Of a stretch of DNA of 64,000 nucleotides, positions 27,879-36,834 are shown piece after piece; within the stretch, counting starts at the first letter, position 1, and every line of letters begins with the position of its first letter. The notes under the pieces are model-generated. The model searched no databases, was not told the origin of the DNA, and saw only the letters and a list, made by a program, of their open reading frames with translations. This DNA comes from an uncultured Gemmatimonadales bacterium (GTDB taxonomy: Bacteria; Gemmatimonadota; Gemmatimonadetes; Gemmatimonadales; GWC2-71-9), in the NCBI GenBank assembly GCA_963695555.1, contig CAVOGR010000007.1:480001-544000 (forward strand), given 5' to 3'. The position numbers and the translations under genes are program-made.

Positions 27879-29534
27879 TTACATCAGCCGATACTTGGGT
27901 CCGCTCCCACCTTCGCGCGGTGTCCAGCGCGGCCCCAGCACGTCGGTCGCCTTGCAGTCGACGCAGTTTGGTGCCGCAACGCGGACCCCATTCTCACCCG
28001 CTTCGTAGACCCCGGCCGGACAGAGACTGGTATAGAAGTCGGCCAGCTCCGGCGCCACCTCAGGACTGACCAGGAGATGGCTGGGGATGTCGTCTCGGGT
28101 GGCGTTCCCCGACTTGAACACCGCATCGACCTTGCTGAAGGTGAGGCGACTGTCAGGGACTATTGCCAGGTCCGGACCGGCCCGCCGCGGGACCGCTGCG
28201 TCCTCCGGAACTGCAAGTTGCTTGCCGAAAGCCCGGCCTTTGGTCAGGGCCATCACCCCGGCCTTGGCCGCGCCCGCCACGAGACCGCCTTTGAAGGCCA
28301 ATCGCATGTTGCGGGTCCGGTAGAGTTCTTCCGCGACATAGCTCTCCCGGATCATCCGATCGTAGGCCCCGAGGGTTGCCGCCGACGTGTCACCTTGCTT
28401 GAGCGCCTCGAATGCCGCCCGGGCGGCAAAGACGCCCGATTGCATGGCATAGTGGATGCCTTTCAACGAGGGGACATCCACCAGGCCGACCGAATCACCC
28501 GCCATGAGGACACCATCTCCATGGAAGCGCTCGGGCAGGGAGTAGTAGCCTCCCTCGGGAATGGTCTTGGCGCCCCACTCCAACAACTCACCATCCTCGA
28601 GATATTCACGAAAGAGCGGGTGCGTCTTCATGCGTTGCAGCAGCCAGTGCACGTCGATGTTGGCCCGCGGCGAATCGAGGCCGACCACGAGGCCGAGCGA
28701 GATCTGATTCGGTCCCATGGGATACATCCAGCTGCCGCCAAAGGTGTCCGACGGCAGCGGCCAGCCCAGGGTGTGAACGACCCGGTCGAGCGGCCGCTTG
28801 GTTTCCCAGACTTCCTTGACGCCAAGGGCAAAGATCTGCGGGTTGGGGGATCCGATTCCGCGCCATTCCCGATAGGCCTGGGCCAACATCCCGCGCGACC
28901 CCTCGGCCAGCACGGTGACCTTGGCAACCACGTCGGTGGGCTCGGCGTAGGTGGCGCTCGGTTGGCCATCCCGATCGAGCCCGGATGGAGTGGTCCGCAC
29001 ACCGACCACCCGCGTGCCATCGGTCAGCAGCGCCCCCGCCGGAAATCCCGCGAAAATATCGACCCCCGCGTCCTCGGCGCGTGCTCCCAACCAGCGCACC
29101 ATCTCGCAGAGCGAGGCCGAGTAGAAACCATGGTTGTTCATGGTGGGCGGAGTTGGTGTTCGGATCGCCCGGTGCGCGGTGAGGAAGTACACCGCTTCGC
29201 GTCCGACCGCCTGGCGGAACGGCAGATCCTCGACGGACGTCGTGGGAAAGAGATCGCGAAAGACGCGCGGATTTACGATCGCGCCTGAGAGGCTATGTTC
29301 GCCCAGACTCCCGGCCTTTTCCAACACGCCGACGGACACGTCGCCGATGGTACCGCCCTGTTCACGCTCCGCGCGGACCAGCCTCGTGAGCTCGAGCGCA
29401 CCGGACAGTCCGGCCGGACCGCCGCCGACGAAGAGCACGTCCACCTCGAGCGCTTCGGCGCCCGGGCCATCGGAGATGATCAACTGCTCGAGTGGGAGCT
29501 TCGGCTGATACCTGGCAGGGATGATGTCGGTCAT
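27879..29534 (-). CDS. Electron transfer flavoprotein-quinone oxidoreductase (ETF-QO)
   Basis: VGGGPAGL, HSLSGA, GVKEVWE, WGAKTIPEGG, LKGIHYAM, CPAGVYE...NCVDCK. Confidence 0.9.
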   Translation of the reverse strand: MTDIIPARYQPKLPLEQLIISDGPGAEALEVDVLFVGGGPAGLSGALELTRLVRAEREQGGTIGDVSVGVLEKAGSLGEHSLSGAIVNPRVFRDLFPTTSVEDLPFRQAVGREAVYFLTAHRAIRTPTPPTMNNHGFYSASLCEMVRWLGARAEDAGVDIFAGFPAGALLTDGTRVVGVRTTPSGLDRDGQPSATYAEPTDVVAKVTVLAEGSRGMLAQAYREWRGIGSPNPQIFALGVKEVWETKRPLDRVVHTLGWPLPSDTFGGSWMYPMGPNQISLGLVVGLDSPRANIDVHWLLQRMKTHPLFREYLEDGELLEWGAKTIPEGGYYSLPERFHGDGVLMAGDSVGLVDVPSLKGIHYAMQSGVFAARAAFEALKQGDTSAATLGAYDRMIRESYVAEELYRTRNMRLAFKGGLVAGAAKAGVMALTKGRAFGKQLAVPEDAAVPRRAGPDLAIVPDSRLTFSKVDAVFKSGNATRDDIPSHLLVSPEVAPELADFYTSLCPAGVYEAGENGVRVAAPNCVDCKATDVLGPRWTPREGGSGPKYRLM

Positions 29535-29938
29535 GCGGCATGCTCCAGGCTGGCTTGGAGTGATGAGTGGAATGCGGCAATATACACCGTTGCCCGGCGC
29601 CGACCCATCCGGAGAGGACGAGCTAACTCCATGTCTAGGCACGTCTTGCCGCTTTCAGCGCCAGGCCGCCAGTATCGCGCCTCTGTTCGGCCCGGAGAGG
29701 CAGCCCTTGGCAAGCGGGGCGCGGGGCCTCATAGTATGCGGGTTCAGGAACCGGGAATTCGCGCCTGTGCGCCGTTCGCCGACGCCCGGCGTCACCCTGG
29801 CATTAACCCTCCGGCGCGTGCCGGATGGTGGCCCGGCGCGGTGCAACCGTCGCCTGGTACCAATTCTGCTAACCGAAACCCCCTAACGGATCCGGCGATC
29901 GTGGCGGATCGGCATTCACCCAACCCCGAAAGAGCCTT

Positions 29939-31549
29939 ATGACTCGACGCCTGCGATCCACGCTCGTCTGGTTTGTTGTCGCCCCGCTCATCGCCCTCGC
30001 CTGGACGGTCTCGGCGGCACACGCAAGCCCGCTCGATGCCGTGTCGGGATTGGCTCTCCCGTCGTCCGGAGCCCTGCACGCGCTTCAGGCAGTGGGCCAG
30101 GGAATGATGGACCAGGTCGACAGCGTCGTCGGCGTGATCAACGGATGGATCGAGGCCTTTTTCTTTGCGGACGTGCTGTTCTTCGATCCCGACCACACCC
30201 TGCCGCTCGCCGTCATCTGGTTGGTGATGGGCGGCATCTTCTTCACGCTCCGCATGGGCTTCGTGAACATCCGGGCGTTCAAGCACGCCGTGAACGTCAC
30301 GCGTGGGGTGTACAGTAACCCGGCCGACCCCGGCGAGGTCAGCCACTTCCAGGCGTTGAGCACGGCCCTCTCGGCGACAGTTGGCCTCGGTAACATCGCG
30401 GGGGTTGCGATCGCGATCTCGGTTGGCGGCCCGGGGGCGACCTTCTGGATGATCATTGCGGGGCTGCTCGGGATGTCGCTCAAGTTCGCCGAAGTGACCC
30501 TGGGCCAGCACTACCGCGAGGTGCGCCCCGACGGCAAGGTGATGGGCGGGCCGATGGAGTATCTCCACAAAGGCCTGCGGGAAAAGGGCATCGGCGGGTT
30601 CGGGAAGTTCCTGGCAATCTTCTACGCGGTGGTCTGCATCGGGGCATCGCTCGGCGGCGGGAACTCATTCCAGGTTAACCAATCGCTGAACGCGATGACT
30701 GCCACGTTCCCGATCCTAGCAACCTATCCCTGGGCCTACGGCTTGATTCTGATGGTGCTGGTCGGCCTGGTGATTCTGGGCGGCATCAAGCGGATCGCCG
30801 GTGCGGCGTCACGCATCGTCCCGTTCATGGCCATCCTCTATGTGGCGGCCGCCATCTACATCTTGGCGGTAAACGCCGCCGCCATTCCGGGCGCGTTCGG
30901 TGAGATCATCCAAGGCGCCTTCAACCCGAGCGCGGCCTTGGGCGGCATCATCGGCGTCTTGGTCCAAGGATTCCGGCGGGCGGCGTTCTCCAACGAAGCC
31001 GGCGCGGGCTCCGCGTCCATCGCCCACTCGGCCGCACGGACGGCCTATCCCGTCCGGGAAGGGGTCGTCGCGCTCCTCGAGCCGTTCATCGACACCGTGG
31101 TCATCTGCACCATGACGGCACTCGTGATTGTGATCACCGGTGCCTGGGACAACCCGGCGTACGCCGATCTCGTGACCGCCAACAACGGAGCGGGCCTCAC
31201 TTCCCGCGCCATGGGTGAGCACCTGACCTGGTTCCCCTATATCTTATCGCTCGCAGTCCTGCTCTTCGCTTACTCAACCATGATTTCGTGGTCGTACTAC
31301 GGGGAGCGGTGCTGGGCCTATCTCTTCGGTGACAAGACCTCGAAGATCTTCCAATTGATTTTCATACTCAACGTGTTTCTGGGCTCGATCATCACGTCGA
31401 CCAACGTGCTCAATTTCGGTGACCTCATGATCCTGGGTCTCGCGTTCCCGAACTTGATCGGGGTCTACATCCTGAGCGGGAAGGTCAAGCAAGACTTCGA
31501 TGACTACTGGGCCAAGTACAAGGCGGGAGAATTCAAGAAATACAAGTAG
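29939..31549 (+). CDS. Alanine/glycine:cation symporter (AGCS family)
   Basis: ALSATVGLGNIAGVA, GGPGATFWM, FSNEAGAGS, LEPFIDT, SWSYYGE. Confidence 0.95.
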   Translation: MTRRLRSTLVWFVVAPLIALAWTVSAAHASPLDAVSGLALPSSGALHALQAVGQGMMDQVDSVVGVINGWIEAFFFADVLFFDPDHTLPLAVIWLVMGGIFFTLRMGFVNIRAFKHAVNVTRGVYSNPADPGEVSHFQALSTALSATVGLGNIAGVAIAISVGGPGATFWMIIAGLLGMSLKFAEVTLGQHYREVRPDGKVMGGPMEYLHKGLREKGIGGFGKFLAIFYAVVCIGASLGGGNSFQVNQSLNAMTATFPILATYPWAYGLILMVLVGLVILGGIKRIAGAASRIVPFMAILYVAAAIYILAVNAAAIPGAFGEIIQGAFNPSAALGGIIGVLVQGFRRAAFSNEAGAGSASIAHSAARTAYPVREGVVALLEPFIDTVVICTMTALVIVITGAWDNPAYADLVTANNGAGLTSRAMGEHLTWFPYILSLAVLLFAYSTMISWSYYGERCWAYLFGDKTSKIFQLIFILNVFLGSIITSTNVLNFGDLMILGLAFPNLIGVYILSGKVKQDFDDYWAKYKAGEFKKYK

Positions 31550-31561
31550 GACAGTAGAAAG

Positions 31562-31616
31562 GTGGGGAGTGGGGAGTGGGGAGTGGGTCTTAGGGGCCCG
31601 CTTTCCCACTCCCTTT
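31562..31616 (+). repeat. Tandem heptamer (GTGGGGA)x3.7 with a complementary CCCACTCCC arm
   Basis: Units at 31562, 31569, 31576 and a partial one at 31583; complement at 31605-31613 followed by TTT. Confidence 0.85.
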
Positions 31617-31698
31617 CGCATTCCAGGCGGGGGCACCAGATTTTGGAAAAGCGAGAGGCACGCTAGCGGCGAACCATCCACGTATTCGGAGGTGCTCC

Positions 31699-32133
31699 AT
31701 GAAGATTCGCCTGGCGCAGGCTGCGGTGGTCGCTTTGCTCCTTTCTTTCGCAACCGCGCTCCATGCCCAGATCCCTTACGCGCTAGTCCAACTCGACGCC
31801 GACTGGGAAGCCGCCTTCAACGCCGGCGATTGGGAGGCCGTGGCCGGCCTCTACACCGAGGATGCCATTCGCTATCCTCCCGAGATGCCCCCGATCAAAG
31901 GGCGGGCCGCCATCCGCGACGACGTGGCCCACTCCGCGGGCATGCAGATCAGCACTGCGTTTCTAGGTGGGTTAATGGGGGATGAGATTGGGGTCAGTTG
32001 GGGCACCTACGAAATCACGGGCACGCTGGACGGGCAGGCCGTCGCAGAAAAGGGTCGTTACATGAGCGCCGTCAAGAAGATGCCCGACGGCTCCATCAAG
32101 TTCTACCGGGACATCTGGCACAAGGCCGAATAG
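31699..32133 (+). CDS. Secreted NTF2-like (DUF4440/SnoaL) protein
   Basis: GGAGG RBS, signal peptide, WEAAFNAGD...LYTEDA, GRAAI, KGRY, DIW. Confidence 0.85.
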   Translation: MKIRLAQAAVVALLLSFATALHAQIPYALVQLDADWEAAFNAGDWEAVAGLYTEDAIRYPPEMPPIKGRAAIRDDVAHSAGMQISTAFLGGLMGDEIGVSWGTYEITGTLDGQAVAEKGRYMSAVKKMPDGSIKFYRDIWHKAE

Positions 32134-32170
32134 GGAGCAGGGAGTAGGATGGCAGGGAGTAGTGCAAGGA

Positions 32171-32206
32171 AAGGGGCCGGCGACAGTTCGCCGGCCCCCT
32201 TTGTTT
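32171..32206. terminator. Probable bidirectional intrinsic terminator
   Basis: GGGGCCGGCGA-CAGT-TCGCCGGCCCC stem with A-run before and TTTGTTT after, between convergent genes. Confidence 0.85.
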
Positions 32207-32253
32207 GATACCTCCACTCTTCGCCCACTCCCTAGTGTCCGACTCCCGACTCC

Positions 32254-33219
32254 CTACTCCTTGAGTTTCTTGATCTCTTCCGTCAGCCTCGGCACCACCT
32301 CGAACAGGTCACCCACGATACCGTAGTCGGCCACCTTGAAGATGGGGGCATCTTTGTCCTTGTTGATGGCGACGATCACCTTGGCCGTGCGCATGCCGGC
32401 CAGGTGCTGAATGGCCCCCGAGATGCCCACGGCCACATAGAGGTTCGGGCTCACTGTCTTACCGGTTTGGCCGACCTGGGCAGCGTGATCGCGCCAGCCC
32501 ACATCCACGACGGCGCGACTCGCGCCAACCGCGGCGTTCCCGAGCGCCGCAGCCAATGCTTCGATCAAGGCAAAATTGCCTGGCTCCTTGAGCCCCCGCC
32601 CACCCGACACCACGATTGGTGCCTCCGCCACGTCCAGCGCGCCGCCTTCGGGCGCCTTGATGCCGGTCACCTGCACCCGGGCGCTGAAGGAGGGCACCGT
32701 GACCTTCTCGACCGCTCCGGCCTTGGAGCTATCCGACGGTGGAAAGGTGTTGGGCCGCACCGTGAGCACGGCCGGCGAGCCTGACAGGCGGAGTTTCTGC
32801 AACGCCTTCCCGGCGTACACCGGGCGCGTGGCAATGATGCGTCCGTCTTGGACCTCGAGCCCCACCACATCGGACGCGCAGCCGACCCCCAATCGGGCAG
32901 CGACACGGGGCGCGAGGTCGCGACCGGTGGCACTCGCGGCAAACACCACCGCCGTTGCGGCGGCACCCAGCTCGGCGAGCGTGGCCGCTTGCCCATCGGG
33001 ACAATAGCGAGCAAAGTCGGGGTGGTTCGCCGTCAACACCCGGTCGGCCCCACCATTCCCCAGCTTGTCTGCGCCACTGACCTCTCCCGCGGCGAACACT
33101 ACCGCGTCGACCGTGGCGCCGAGCGCGTCGGCCAGCTGGCGAGCGGCAGCGACCACCTCGAAGGAGACCTTGCGGAGAGCACCATCGCGCTGCTCGGTGA
33201 CAGCGAGTATCGCGGACAT
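32254..33219 (-). CDS. etfA: Electron transfer flavoprotein alpha subunit
   Basis: VVSGGRG, GASRAVVD, QVGQTGK, GISGAIQHLAG. Confidence 0.97.
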   Translation of the reverse strand: MSAILAVTEQRDGALRKVSFEVVAAARQLADALGATVDAVVFAAGEVSGADKLGNGGADRVLTANHPDFARYCPDGQAATLAELGAAATAVVFAASATGRDLAPRVAARLGVGCASDVVGLEVQDGRIIATRPVYAGKALQKLRLSGSPAVLTVRPNTFPPSDSSKAGAVEKVTVPSFSARVQVTGIKAPEGGALDVAEAPIVVSGGRGLKEPGNFALIEALAAALGNAAVGASRAVVDVGWRDHAAQVGQTGKTVSPNLYVAVGISGAIQHLAGMRTAKVIVAINKDKDAPIFKVADYGIVGDLFEVVPRLTEEIKKLKE

Positions 33220-33220
33220 G

Positions 33221-33970
33221 TCAGATTACCTTCGCTTCATTTCGCAGAAGATTGACTAATTCAGGTACCGCATCCGGGCCTTCACCGACGATCTTCCCGG
33301 CCGTGCGTTCGGGTGGAAGCTCGAGTCCGAGGATCTCGATGGTGCCGGCTCCGAGGTCGACCGCTTTGACCTCGAGCGGCTTCTTCTTGGCGGCCATGAT
33401 GCCCTTGAGCGACGGCAGCCGCGGCGTGTTCAGGCCCTTGTCGCAGGTCAGCACGGCGGGAAGTTGGCAAGTCGAGGTTTCCACGCCGCCTTCGATTTCC
33501 CGCTCGGCTTCCACCCTCCCGTCTGCGACTTTCACCCGGGCCAGCGCCGTGATGCACGGCAGCTCGAGCAGCTCGGCCGTCATCGGCCCGACCTGATAGT
33601 TGTAATCGTCCACGGCCAACTTGCCGAACAGAATGAGGTCGAACCCCTGGTCTTTCAGCTCGCCGGCAAGCGCCTTGGCGACCTCCAAGCCATCGGGGCT
33701 CCCGCTGCCCTGGAGGAGCACACCACGATCGATGCCCATGGCAAGCGCCGTGCGGATGGTCTCCTGCGCCGATTCGCCACCGAACGAGTACACCACGGTC
33801 TCGCCCGAACCGGCCGCCTCCTTGAAGGCGATGGCAGCCTCGATGGCAAATTCATCGAATGGATTAGGGACAAACTTGACACCGGCTTCATCGATCGAAG
33901 TGCCATCGGAGCCGATGACGATCTTGGATGTCGTGTCGGGCACGCGTTTGAGGCACACCGCGATTTTCAC
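33221..33970 (-). CDS. etfB: Electron transfer flavoprotein beta subunit
   Basis: CLKRVPDT, NPFDEFAIE, ALAMG, PRLPSLKGIMAAKKK. Confidence 0.97.
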   Translation of the reverse strand: MKIAVCLKRVPDTTSKIVIGSDGTSIDEAGVKFVPNPFDEFAIEAAIAFKEAAGSGETVVYSFGGESAQETIRTALAMGIDRGVLLQGSGSPDGLEVAKALAGELKDQGFDLILFGKLAVDDYNYQVGPMTAELLELPCITALARVKVADGRVEAEREIEGGVETSTCQLPAVLTCDKGLNTPRLPSLKGIMAAKKKPLEVKAVDLGAGTIEILGLELPPERTAGKIVGEGPDAVPELVNLLRNEAKVI

Positions 33971-34003
33971 GTCACTCCTCCAGACTGCGGATCCCGTAGT
34001 TGA

Positions 34004-34039
34004 CCCCGGAAACGGGGCGTAAAGTAGCCCCGTCCGGGG
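34004..34039. other. GC-rich inverted repeat between gcdH and etfB
   Basis: CCCCGG..ACGGGGC pairs with GCCCCGT-CCGGGG; no U-tract. Confidence 0.5.
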
Positions 34040-34063
34040 GAGGTCGCCAGGGTGGCCGCCACG

Positions 34064-35248
34064 CTAGAAGGCGTTCAAACCGGTGATCGCCTGGCCTAGA
34101 ATGAGGGTGTGCATGTCGTGGGTTCCTTCATAGGTGTACACCGACTCGAGGTTGGCCATGTGGCGCATGGCGCCGTACTCGGCCAGGATGCCGTTGGCCC
34201 CGAGCAAGCGTCGCGCCTCGCGGGCGCACTCCGCCGCCATGTTCACGTTGTTCCGTTTTGCCAACGACACCTGGAACGGCGTCATGGTACCACGGTCCTT
34301 GAGTCGGCCCAGCTGAAGCGTCATGAACTGCGCCTTGGTGATCTCGGTCAGCATCTCGGCCAATCGGGCCTGCTGAAGCTGGGTCTGCGCAATGGGTCGG
34401 TCGAACATGATCCGATTCTGAGCGTAGCTCACGGCTTCCTCGTAACAGGCCATTGCCGCACCGATACCGCCCCAGGCAATCCCATATCGTGCCTGGGTGA
34501 GACACATGAGGGCACTCTTGACCCCTGACGACTTGGGGAGGAGCGCGGACGCCGGGACCTTCACGTCTTCCAGGATCAGCTCGCTCGTATCCGACGCACG
34601 CAACGAGAGCTTGCCTTTCTGGTCCCGAGCGCTGAAGCCTGGAGTGTCGGTGGGAACGATGAACCCGCGGACCGATGACGCGTCGGTGATATCCCCGGTC
34701 TTAGCCCAGACGATGGCCACACTGGCCCGGGAACCATTGGTGATCCACATCTTGGTCCCGTTCAGCACCCAGCCGTCGCCGGTCTGTCGGGCGGTCGTAA
34801 TCAGCCCGGCCGGGTTCGACCCATAATCGGGCTCCGTCAGACCAAAACAGCCGACGTCCTCACCGCTGGCCAGCCGCGGCAACCACTGGTCCTTCTGTTC
34901 GTCCGAGCCGAATTGGTGAATCGGGTACATCACCAGCGCGCCTTGCACCGACGCGAAGGAACGCACACCGCTGTCACCGCGCTCGAGTTCCTGCATGATG
35001 AGCCCATAGGCCACATTGTTGAGCCCGGCGCACCCATAACGCTCCGGCAGGTTGGCGCCAAAGAAGCCGAGCTCGGCCATCTGTGGCACCAACGCCTCGG
35101 GAAATTCCCCTTTGACGTATGCGTCCGCGATCACGGGCATGAGGTTCTCGTCGACCCAGGTGCGCACCGTGTCGCGAACCGCCCGCTCCTCCTCGGACAG
35201 AAGCGAGTCCATATCGTAGAAATCGACTCCAGAAAATCTGTTGGTCAT
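34064..35248 (-). CDS. gcdH: Glutaryl-CoA dehydrogenase-type acyl-CoA dehydrogenase
   Basis: ELERGDSG, GCFGLTEPDYGS, KMWITNG, SLRAS, YTYEGTHDMHTLILG. Confidence 0.88.
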   Translation of the reverse strand: MTNRFSGVDFYDMDSLLSEEERAVRDTVRTWVDENLMPVIADAYVKGEFPEALVPQMAELGFFGANLPERYGCAGLNNVAYGLIMQELERGDSGVRSFASVQGALVMYPIHQFGSDEQKDQWLPRLASGEDVGCFGLTEPDYGSNPAGLITTARQTGDGWVLNGTKMWITNGSRASVAIVWAKTGDITDASSVRGFIVPTDTPGFSARDQKGKLSLRASDTSELILEDVKVPASALLPKSSGVKSALMCLTQARYGIAWGGIGAAMACYEEAVSYAQNRIMFDRPIAQTQLQQARLAEMLTEITKAQFMTLQLGRLKDRGTMTPFQVSLAKRNNVNMAAECAREARRLLGANGILAEYGAMRHMANLESVYTYEGTHDMHTLILGQAITGLNAF

Positions 35249-35295
35249 GATGTACTGCCTCAGGAATTTGGAAACGTCCTACACGATGTCACCAT

Positions 35296-35970
35296 TCAAA
35301 TGACAGAATGGGATTGACGGCCCACATGCCGTTCGGCAGCGGGGCGGATACCGACGTCTCGGGCCTTCTGCCGGAAGGTGCGGCCGTGATCGACCCGGTG
35401 GCCCTGTTCCGCCTGCCACTGATGAACCATTTCATGCAGCAGCGTGTGCGTCACTTCCTTCCAGCCGTCGGCCCGCAGATGGCGTTGGCTGATGGTAATC
35501 TCCGTGGCGCGGCCGGTCCTGTTGCTGATGGCAATGTCGCCGAGGCGGCGACGCATCCGACTCGACAGTCTCAGCGCCACGGAACCGAGCTTGCCGTCGA
35601 AATACCGGCCGTTCAGCTCGCGGTGGAGCGCCTCGAGCCGCCGGATGATCGCCGCGTCGCCAGGCCGCGGCGGACTCGCTCGCCGAGCGCGGGAAGGTGC
35701 GTGGAGCTCGACCGGGAAGGTCAGGAGCTCGCGCCGTGCCGCGGCGCGCACGTCGCGTCGCACCCGCGGCGTCACGAACCGAATGATGGCACGCAACACG
35801 CGATCGGAGGCGAAGGCGTAGCCGCGGTGGAGCCGGAGGGCGCCGGCCGGAGTAAGGCTCACCAGCACCGTGCGATTGGTGTGAGTGCTGACCTTGGACG
35901 GGGTCTTCCACCCGAGCGCCGCCAGCCGCTCGGCCAGCACTTCGTCGGGCTCGAGTGCCAGACTCGTCAT
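35296..35970 (-). CDS. SprT-like zinc metalloprotease domain protein
   Basis: LNGRYFDG, SSRMRRRLG, TLLHEMVHQ, DHGRTF. Confidence 0.85.
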   Translation of the reverse strand: MTSLALEPDEVLAERLAALGWKTPSKVSTHTNRTVLVSLTPAGALRLHRGYAFASDRVLRAIIRFVTPRVRRDVRAAARRELLTFPVELHAPSRARRASPPRPGDAAIIRRLEALHRELNGRYFDGKLGSVALRLSSRMRRRLGDIAISNRTGRATEITISQRHLRADGWKEVTHTLLHEMVHQWQAEQGHRVDHGRTFRQKARDVGIRPAAERHVGRQSHSVI

Positions 35971-36834
35971 CCTGCGTGGCTCTCGGCGGCCGCAGGTAGA
36001 GCCACGGGATGACGCGTGGCAAACGAGTGCGTGTCGGAAAAGCGAAATGTGCCCGCGCCCGATTCCCACCGCACGAACTGCACGTGCACGGCTTGGTGGT
36101 CCACCTTGATCACATTGAACACCGATGGCCTGCCACCCCGCATGCGGGTGCTCAATGTGCCGGTCGTGCTGATGGTGAGGCCGCCGTCCAACTGATCCGC
36201 TCCTTCTTGATGATCGTGGCCGCACAAGACGAGATCGGCGCCGGTGGCCACGAGCCGCCGGTGCGCCTCGGGCCAGCGGGCGAGACCCATGCGCTGGGAA
36301 AGTTGCCCACGCATGATGTTGTGATGCAGGACGATCACCTTGAAGACGTCGTTGCCGGCCTGGGCAAAGAGTTTGGCGACCCGGTCGGTCTCGGACTTTG
36401 GCAGGTGACCCTTTACCGCGAGGTCTCGTAGGTTCGGCGTCAGCGAGCCCACCGCGACGCCATAGGCCGTGAGCGCCCCGGCCAGAAACAAACCGGGCAG
36501 CTCGAGGGTCGGCGTCAACTCCTCGCCGAAATACTGCCGGTACTTTTCATACTTGGCGCGGGGGCCGGCAATGCTAAAAGGGCTCCGCCACCAAGTCACG
36601 TCGTGATTGCCAGGCACGACCAAGGTCGGGGCCGTGTCCCGAAATTGCCGCACCAGTGCGCGAGCCCGCTGGAATTCTCCGTGACGGGCCCGCTGAGTCA
36701 GGTCGCCGGAGAGGGCGATTGCGTCGGGCTCGATGGTGGGTACCAGCGGACTCGAGCGCCTCGATCTGCGCCAGATCGGCCACGCCGCCAAAGTGGAGAT
36801 CGGAGAGGTGGACGATGGTGAGGCCCTTTACCAC
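35967..36834 (-). CDS. CpdA-like metallophosphoesterase (frameshift near 36748)
   Basis: HLSDLHFG in one frame; SGDLTQ, PGNHD, LHH and CGHDH in the next. Confidence 0.88.

Noticed and set aside
26655..29288. 877-aa plus-strand ORF
   Set aside because: It is the antisense shadow of the DGC and ETF-QO genes, has no motifs, and such ORFs are expected in high-GC DNA
31562..32256. CRISPR array
   Set aside because: The repeats are 7 nt with no spacers, and there are no cas genes
36740..36755. Split phosphoesterase read as two genes
   Set aside because: Removing a single base joins the DxH motif to the rest of the domain
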